From: an uncultured Muribaculaceae bacterium
GTDB lineage: Bacteria; Bacillota_I; Bacilli_A; RF39; UBA660
DNA: 64,000 nt
Direction: 5' to 3'
Assembly (NCBI GenBank): GCA_964529195.1
Contig: CAZGWM010000001.1
Coordinates: 19,294 to 83,293 of the forward strand
The stretch's first letter is position 1. Every line of letters begins with the position of its first letter. Made by a program: the position numbers and the translations under genes. The notes beneath the pieces are model-generated. The model was not told where the DNA came from, made no database searches, and saw nothing but the letters and a program-made list of their open reading frames with translations. Shown piece by piece: positions 58,836 through 64,000 of this stretch.

Positions 58836-60191
58836 GTTATCTATATAATATTTAAGTAAATTGGTAAATTCTCTTTCTCTTAAATCTAAAATTTCTTTTG
58901 TTTTAGCTTCAAATCTTAATGTTATATTAGGGCCAGTGTTACTAGCTCTAATTAAAGAAAATCCATCATCATATTCTACTCTAACGCCATCTATTGTAAT
59001 GACTTCTTCATATTTATCAAGTGCATAATTTTTTATACTTTCAATAATTTCCCACTTTTTATCATCTTGAACTTCAATTCTTATTTCTGGTGTATTATAG
59101 TATTTATTTATATGGCTATATAAATCAGAACAAGTTTTTGAAGTATTTCCAAGCATATTTATTAACCTAATGCCTGCATAAACTCCATCATCATAACCTT
59201 CAAAATCATCTTTGAAAAAAACGTGACCAGAGTACTCACCACCAAGTAAAACTGGTGTTTCATATACCATAGTTTCAATATAAGCAGATCCATTTTTTAA
59301 CATTAAAGGAATTCCACCCAATCTGGTTATTTCTTGCTCTAAAGCTTTCGAACATTTTATATCTATAATAATTTTTTTATTATTTGTTTTAGGAATTATT
59401 TCTGAAGCGAAGATTCCAAGGAGTGTATCGGTTGGAACCATGTTTCCTTTTTCATCAACTATGCCAACTCTATCTCCATCTCCATCAAAGGCAATTCCTA
59501 CATCTGCTTTCAATTTTAAAACTGTTTCTTTTAGCTCAACTAAATTTGCCTCATCATTTGGATCTGGATTATGAACAGGAAAACTTCCATCACTTTCAGC
59601 ATTTAAGTATGTCATTTCTAAATTTTTAATATTATTAAATACTTCTTTTACTAGTATAGAAGGAGTTCCATTTCCAGTATCAATGACTACTTTTAATGGT
59701 TTTTTAACATTACCTTTAGATATTAACATATTAATATACTCTTCTTTTTTATTAGCTTTTACAATATTTCCTTTTCCGTGCATATATTTTTCAGTTTTTA
59801 AAATATCATAAAATATATCTAATTCTTCTTTCTTTAAATGAAGAAAATTCTCTCCAAATACTTTAAAACCATTATCAAAAGCAGGGTTATGACTTGCAGT
59901 TATCATAACTCCATAAGGAATATTAAGTTCCATACTTGAGTAGTTAAACATTGGAGTTGTTGTTAAACCTATATCAGTTATATTAATACCTGTTTCAAGC
60001 ATCCCTTCTATCAAATGATCATGAAGTTCATCACCACTTAGGCGATTATCATGTCCGATAATGCATTCACTTATTCCTTTTGATAAAGTATATGTTCCAA
60101 ATGCTTTACCAACATTATATGCAACATCCTTATTTATTTGTAGGGGATATTTTCCTCTTATATCGTTTTCTCTTAATATATTATTATCCAT
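58833..60191 (-). CDS. glmM: phosphoglucosamine mutase (PGM/PMM superfamily)
   Basis: Phosphoserine loop GVMITASHNP; 452 aa; sits downstream of cdaA-cdaR as in the conserved cdaA-cdaR-glmM arrangement. Confidence 0.75.
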   Translation of the reverse strand: MDNNILRENDIRGKYPLQINKDVAYNVGKAFGTYTLSKGISECIIGHDNRLSGDELHDHLIEGMLETGINITDIGLTTTPMFNYSSMELNIPYGVMITASHNPAFDNGFKVFGENFLHLKKEELDIFYDILKTEKYMHGKGNIVKANKKEEYINMLISKGNVKKPLKVVIDTGNGTPSILVKEVFNNIKNLEMTYLNAESDGSFPVHNPDPNDEANLVELKETVLKLKADVGIAFDGDGDRVGIVDEKGNMVPTDTLLGIFASEIIPKTNNKKIIIDIKCSKALEQEITRLGGIPLMLKNGSAYIETMVYETPVLLGGEYSGHVFFKDDFEGYDDGVYAGIRLINMLGNTSKTCSDLYSHINKYYNTPEIRIEVQDDKKWEIIESIKNYALDKYEEVITIDGVRVEYDDGFSLIRASNTGPNITLRFEAKTKEILDLREREFTNLLKYYIDN

Positions 60192-60202
60192 TTTTCCCTC
60201 TT

Positions 60203-61720
60203 TTATATATCTTTTATTATTAATGATTTTGATTCTTTCATATCTTCTGGTATCGCTATATCAACATAATCAAGTAATGTTGGTGCTACATTAGTTAAGC
60301 TTCCTTTACTTAATAAACTTACGCCTTTATCAAGTATTATAAAGGGGACTTTTTCCATTGAATGAGTTGTTACTGGAGTATTATTACTATCCATCATTGT
60401 ATCTGAATTACCATGGTCAGATAAGATAAATGTTTTATAAAAATTTTCATCAGCTCCGTTTATTAATCTTTCTAATTCACGATCAAGTAATGTAAGTGAT
60501 TCTACTGTTGCCTCCATATTACCAGTATGTCCGACCATATCAGGACATGCATAGTTTACTAATATAAATTCATAATCATCTTCCATACATTTAATTGTTT
60601 GATCAGTAATACCACTTGAGCTCATTAGCGGGGTTAAATCATATGTACTTACTTTAGGACTTGGTATTAAAAAATTTTCGGTTCCTTTAAATTTTTTAGA
60701 TTTTTCTGCATTAAAGAATTTGGTTACATGTGAATATTTTTCTGTTTCTGCTACTCTTGCTTGGGTTATTCCTAAATCAGAAAAGTATTCTCCAACAGGG
60801 TATAATTCTTCTTTTTCTTCTTTAAATATTGGAGTTACATTCTTAATATCTTCTTGCTCAAATAAAGTGTATACTTTTAAGTTATTAAAAGGTATTCTAG
60901 GAAAACCTTCATAATTATTATCAGAAAATGCATTTATTATTTGAATTGCTCTGTCATGTCTAAAATTAAGCCATAAAAGTGCATCATTATCATTTAATTT
61001 AAAGTTGTGTTTAACCATTATTGGCGGTAAAAACTCATCATAAATATCTCTTTTATAACAGTTTAAAATCGCTGTTTCTAAATCGAGAACTCTTAATCCG
61101 GCTCCTTTTGCTATCATGTTGTAGTAATATGCTGTCCTTTCATATTTTCTATCTCTATCCATTGCATAGTATCTTCCGCAAACTGTTACTATTTCGCCGA
61201 TATTATTTTCTTTAAATACTTCTTCTAATTTTTTTATGTAATTTAATGATGAATTAACTGTTGTGTCTCTTCCGTCAGTTATAACGTGAAAATATATTTT
61301 ATTAACTCCCATTTCCTTTAATAGTGGGATTATTTTAAGCATATAATTTAAATGACTATGAACACCACCATCAGATAATAAACCCATTAAATGAAGATTA
61401 GAGTTATTTTTTATTGTGTGTGAAACTAAATCTTTTAGATTTTCATTTTCTTTCATTGATTTTTTATTTAGCTCTTCTTCTATTATTGTTAGTTTTTGTT
61501 TTGTTTTTCTTCCTAATCCAATTACTCCATGGCATACTTCACTATTTCCAAATTGTGTTTCTGGAAGTCCTACGTACTCACCTGATGCCTCTAAAAGAGC
61601 ATGTGGATACTCATTCCATAGTTTATTAAAAAAAGGCATATCTGCTTTTTTTACTGCATTACCATGTTCTTCTTCTCTCATTCCAAAGCCATCTAATATT
61701 ACCATTAATATTTTTTTCAT
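60203..61720 (-). CDS. gpmI: 2,3-bisphosphoglycerate-independent phosphoglycerate mutase
   Basis: MKKILMVILDGFGMREEE... plus iPGM metal-binding motifs; 505 aa. Confidence 0.9.
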   Translation of the reverse strand: MKKILMVILDGFGMREEEHGNAVKKADMPFFNKLWNEYPHALLEASGEYVGLPETQFGNSEVCHGVIGLGRKTKQKLTIIEEELNKKSMKENENLKDLVSHTIKNNSNLHLMGLLSDGGVHSHLNYMLKIIPLLKEMGVNKIYFHVITDGRDTTVNSSLNYIKKLEEVFKENNIGEIVTVCGRYYAMDRDRKYERTAYYYNMIAKGAGLRVLDLETAILNCYKRDIYDEFLPPIMVKHNFKLNDNDALLWLNFRHDRAIQIINAFSDNNYEGFPRIPFNNLKVYTLFEQEDIKNVTPIFKEEKEELYPVGEYFSDLGITQARVAETEKYSHVTKFFNAEKSKKFKGTENFLIPSPKVSTYDLTPLMSSSGITDQTIKCMEDDYEFILVNYACPDMVGHTGNMEATVESLTLLDRELERLINGADENFYKTFILSDHGNSDTMMDSNNTPVTTHSMEKVPFIILDKGVSLLSKGSLTNVAPTLLDYVDIAIPEDMKESKSLIIKDI

Positions 61721-61730
61721 TTTTTACCTT

Positions 61731-62129
61731 CTACTCTGTTATAAAATTTACTTCCAGTGATGCATCTGATATATTAAATGTTATATCAACACACCCTTCT
61801 AGTTTTTCATTAGTTAATGGATTTATTATAACATCAGTTCCGTCTTCTAATGTTTTTTCTGTTACATATATTCCATTTTTAATTATAAAGTCATATAAGT
61901 CATAACATTTATGACAATTACTCTTACACGACTCAGGCTTTATATCATCTAATAAATATGCAGATGCATATTTTAGAGTTGATGAATTTATTGCGCTTAT
62001 TTTATTATTATAAGTAGTTGTTTTTATTGCACTGCTCATTTCAGAATAAGCAGGAACTGATATTATTACAACTAGTGATAGTATTACTATTACGGATATA
62101 ATTTCAACTAAAGTAAATCCATTTTTCAT
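61731..62129 (-). CDS. type IV pilin / competence pseudopilin (ComGC-like prepilin)
   Basis: Class III signal MKNG|FTLVEIISVIVILSLVVI (G-1, E+5) and a ~110-aa mature domain with four Cys. Confidence 0.8.
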   Translation of the reverse strand: MKNGFTLVEIISVIVILSLVVIISVPAYSEMSSAIKTTTYNNKISAINSSTLKYASAYLLDDIKPESCKSNCHKCYDLYDFIIKNGIYVTEKTLEDGTDVIINPLTNEKLEGCVDITFNISDASLEVNFITE

Positions 62130-62163
62130 CTCTAGCCTCCTAGAATAATTTTAACATATTTAA

Positions 62164-62190
62164 AAGAAAAAAAGTAGTTTTACTACTTTT
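62164..62190 (-). terminator. terminator after cdaR
   Basis: AAAGTAGT-TTT-ACTACTTT hairpin with a U-tract on the minus strand. Confidence 0.6.
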
Positions 62191-62194
62191 TGTT

Positions 62195-63589
62195 TTATCC
62201 TTTTTCTACAATTCTTACCTTAACAGTAGATGCTTTAGATACTAATGTTACTCTTGGATCATCAATTGTAACTTTTACTTCAATATCATGAGTTCCAGGT
62301 CCGTATCCACTTAGATCGACTTGGGCTTTTATTGAAGTTACATCTAAATTTATTGCATCTAATATTGATTTTGTTCCTTTAGCAATTATTGTTACTGCTC
62401 CATCTGCTAAGCTAGCAGCACCTGCTGTATAATTACTTCCTACATTTATTGATTCAACTTGGATGTTTTCAAATTCTCTTATTGTTTCAGTTCCTAATGA
62501 TACTTCAACTGTAGTTGTAGTTTCACTCATATGTCTTACGCCTGATGGCTTTTTAAGTGTTACACTATATGTTTTATCAGTACTTAATCCGCTTATATCA
62601 ATTGGAGCTTCAATGTATTTTAATTCATCAAGAACACCACTATCTCCATATACTCTTACCTTTGTTACTGATGAACTTAATTTAGCAATAGCGTGTCCAA
62701 CAGTTAGTGTTCCTTGAGTAACTACTCTTACAGGTAATTCAATAAAGTTTGATTCTACTTCTATTTTAACACTTACCTTTGTAGGTACTATTTCTACATT
62801 ATCTATTTTAATTCCAAGGTTATCATAAGCAACTAATAGTATTGATTCAGCTGTAAATGTTCCTTTTTCAGTTAAGTTAGCCGCTTCTAAATCAATTAAA
62901 GCTTTTACTGATGCTACTTTTTCAAGTGCATCACTTGATCCTTTTACAATTACTTCTGTTTTATCTAACTCAACATCTTTTATAGATAATTTAGAATCTA
63001 ATTTGTCTTGATTTAATAAGTCATAGGATAATGTTTTAACCGCACTTATTTTTTCACTTATTTTTACAGTTACAGTTCCAGGATCTAATTTATAATTAAC
63101 AGTTCCTATACTATGATTATATTTTAATTTAACTTTATATTGTCCAGTTGAGTATCCACTTAAGTCTAAGACAACTTCATGTTCTCCTAGTTGTTTAGCT
63201 AAGTATAAATCACTTTTTCTTCCTATTAAAGTAATATCTACTGTTTCTGGAACTCCTTCAACAACATATGCCTCTTCATTATAAATAATTTTTACCGGTT
63301 GATCTGAAAGTATTTCAGCTTCTTCAGTTACTAAGCTTACTGCTTTTGAATCAATTAAAACAAACATTATTATTGCTAAGAATAATGAAATATAAATCAT
63401 TATATTTGGCCTATTTAATATTTTTTCAAATCTTCCACTATTATTTTTTAAAAGTTCACTTATTCTATATATTATTCTACTTATTGGTACAACAATTAAT
63501 TTATCTATAATATTATAAATAAATAGTATTATTTTTTTAAAAAGATTAAATAATTTATTCATTGTCTTCACCTTCTTCATCAGCATCAT
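62195..63589 (-). CDS. cdaR: CdaR (YbbR-domain regulator of diadenylate cyclase CdaA)
   Basis: N-terminal TM helix then four YbbR-like beta repeats; overlaps the cdaA 3' end. Confidence 0.75.
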   Translation of the reverse strand: MMLMKKVKTMNKLFNLFKKIILFIYNIIDKLIVVPISRIIYRISELLKNNSGRFEKILNRPNIMIYISLFLAIIMFVLIDSKAVSLVTEEAEILSDQPVKIIYNEEAYVVEGVPETVDITLIGRKSDLYLAKQLGEHEVVLDLSGYSTGQYKVKLKYNHSIGTVNYKLDPGTVTVKISEKISAVKTLSYDLLNQDKLDSKLSIKDVELDKTEVIVKGSSDALEKVASVKALIDLEAANLTEKGTFTAESILLVAYDNLGIKIDNVEIVPTKVSVKIEVESNFIELPVRVVTQGTLTVGHAIAKLSSSVTKVRVYGDSGVLDELKYIEAPIDISGLSTDKTYSVTLKKPSGVRHMSETTTTVEVSLGTETIREFENIQVESINVGSNYTAGAASLADGAVTIIAKGTKSILDAINLDVTSIKAQVDLSGYGPGTHDIEVKVTIDDPRVTLVSKASTVKVRIVEKG

Positions 63590-64000
63590 AGAATACTTCT
63601 GTTTTTGGTTTTAATTCATCTAATAACATTAATCTAAATTCATCTAATGTTAAGTTATAATTTAAGTGGTTATCTACTGCTATACTTATTCTTCCAGTTT
63701 CTTCAGAAACTATTAGTGCAATTGCATCAGTTTCCTCAGCTACACCTAAAGCAGCTCTATGTCTTGTTCCAAGTTTTTTATTAACACTTGGATTCATGCT
63801 TGTTTTAAATACTGCACCAGCACAAGTTAATTTATCCCCCTGAAGAATAACACCACCATCATGAAGTGGATTATCCGGATAAAATATTGACTCTAAAAGT
63901 ACTGATGTAATATCTGCATATATTTTATTAGCAGGAAGTATATATTCTTGAAGTGATATATTTCTCTCTATAACAATAAGAGCACCAATTCTATTTCTTT
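63555..64000 (-). CDS. cdaA: diadenylate cyclase CdaA, C-terminal part (gene continues beyond the window end)
   Basis: DAC domain motifs (...LHDGGVILQGDKLTCAGAVF...GTRHRAALGVAEETDAIALIVSEETGRISIA...). Confidence 0.85.
   Translation of the reverse strand, partial: RNRIGALIVIERNISLQEYILPANKIYADITSVLLESIFYPDNPLHDGGVILQGDKLTCAGAVFKTSMNPSVNKKLGTRHRAALGVAEETDAIALIVSEETGRISIAVDNHLNYNLTLDEFRLMLLDELKPKTEVFYDADEEGEDNE

Noticed and set aside
1-64000. Search for tRNA/rRNA genes, IS elements, integrases or prophage genes in intergenic DNA
   Set aside because: Intergenic regions are short and are accounted for by promoters, leaders and terminators. No T-loop-like GTTCRANYC motifs in cloverleaf context, no inverted terminal repeats flanking transposase-like ORFs, and no integrase or recombinase genes were seen.

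Overview
This 64-kb window comes from a very AT-rich (~25% GC), low-GC Firmicutes-type chromosome. It uses the standard genetic code: Trp is encoded by TGG, and conserved genes are full length without TGA read-through. The window is gene-dense, mostly minus-strand, housekeeping DNA. Recognisable gene blocks (plus-strand left-to-right order; almost all genes are on the minus strand):
- rlmN (partial), AI-2E transporter, pgsA, fmt, nrnA, ackA, thiI plus a NifS-like cysteine desulfurase, ezrA.
- mutM-polA, rpoZ, ffh, dnaE, prsA, recX.
- ltaS, an HD-domain dGTPase-like gene, rpsD.
- ileS with a T-box leader.
- The truB-rbfA-infB-ylxR-nusA-rimP operon.
- tmcAL, a KH-domain gene plus rpsP, a HIT gene, rplT-rpmI-infC.
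- RNase J, peroxiredoxin plus trxA, a Crp/Fnr regulator, mscL, a pseudouridine synthase.
- glmM, gpmI, cdaR and cdaA (partial).

Embedded accessory content:
1. A candidate cell-surface cohesin-dockerin module. One gene encodes a membrane-anchored protein with an N-terminal cohesin-like domain. It overlaps a secreted SH3b - family-73 glucosaminidase - cadherin-like protein that ends in a canonical two-repeat type-I dockerin.
2. A secreted arylsulfotransferase-family protein followed by its own CPxC thioredoxin-like oxidoreductase, with a membrane-anchored XRE regulator alongside.
3. Scattered type IV pilus / competence-pseudopilus components: a prepilin peptidase, a PilC/GspF-like platform protein, and a pilin gene inserted inside the conserved cdaA-cdaR-glmM operon.
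4. A surface-protein cluster: a DUF285 (BspA-like) protein, an orphan STAS-domain protein and a secreted membrane-anchored protein.

Three genes have interrupted reading frames. ileS and RNase J each show a local ~50-nt loss plus a frame change. A ~1.1-kb secreted-protein gene carries one frameshift and two in-frame TAA codons. This is either genuine decay or an assembly artefact and must be checked at read level.

Other notable points:
- bL20 carries a C-terminal Lys-rich linker plus a Rho_N/SAP-like domain.
- infC appears to start at ATA, downstream of a hairpin-plus-U-tract attenuator.
- Canonical sigma-A promoters and leaders are recognisable for ileS (T-box), rpsD, rpsP and dnaE.
- The Crp/Fnr regulator has a leaderless promoter.
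- DnaE starts at GTG and its PHP domain lacks the His ligands.

No rRNA, tRNA, CRISPR array, IS element or prophage gene was seen.
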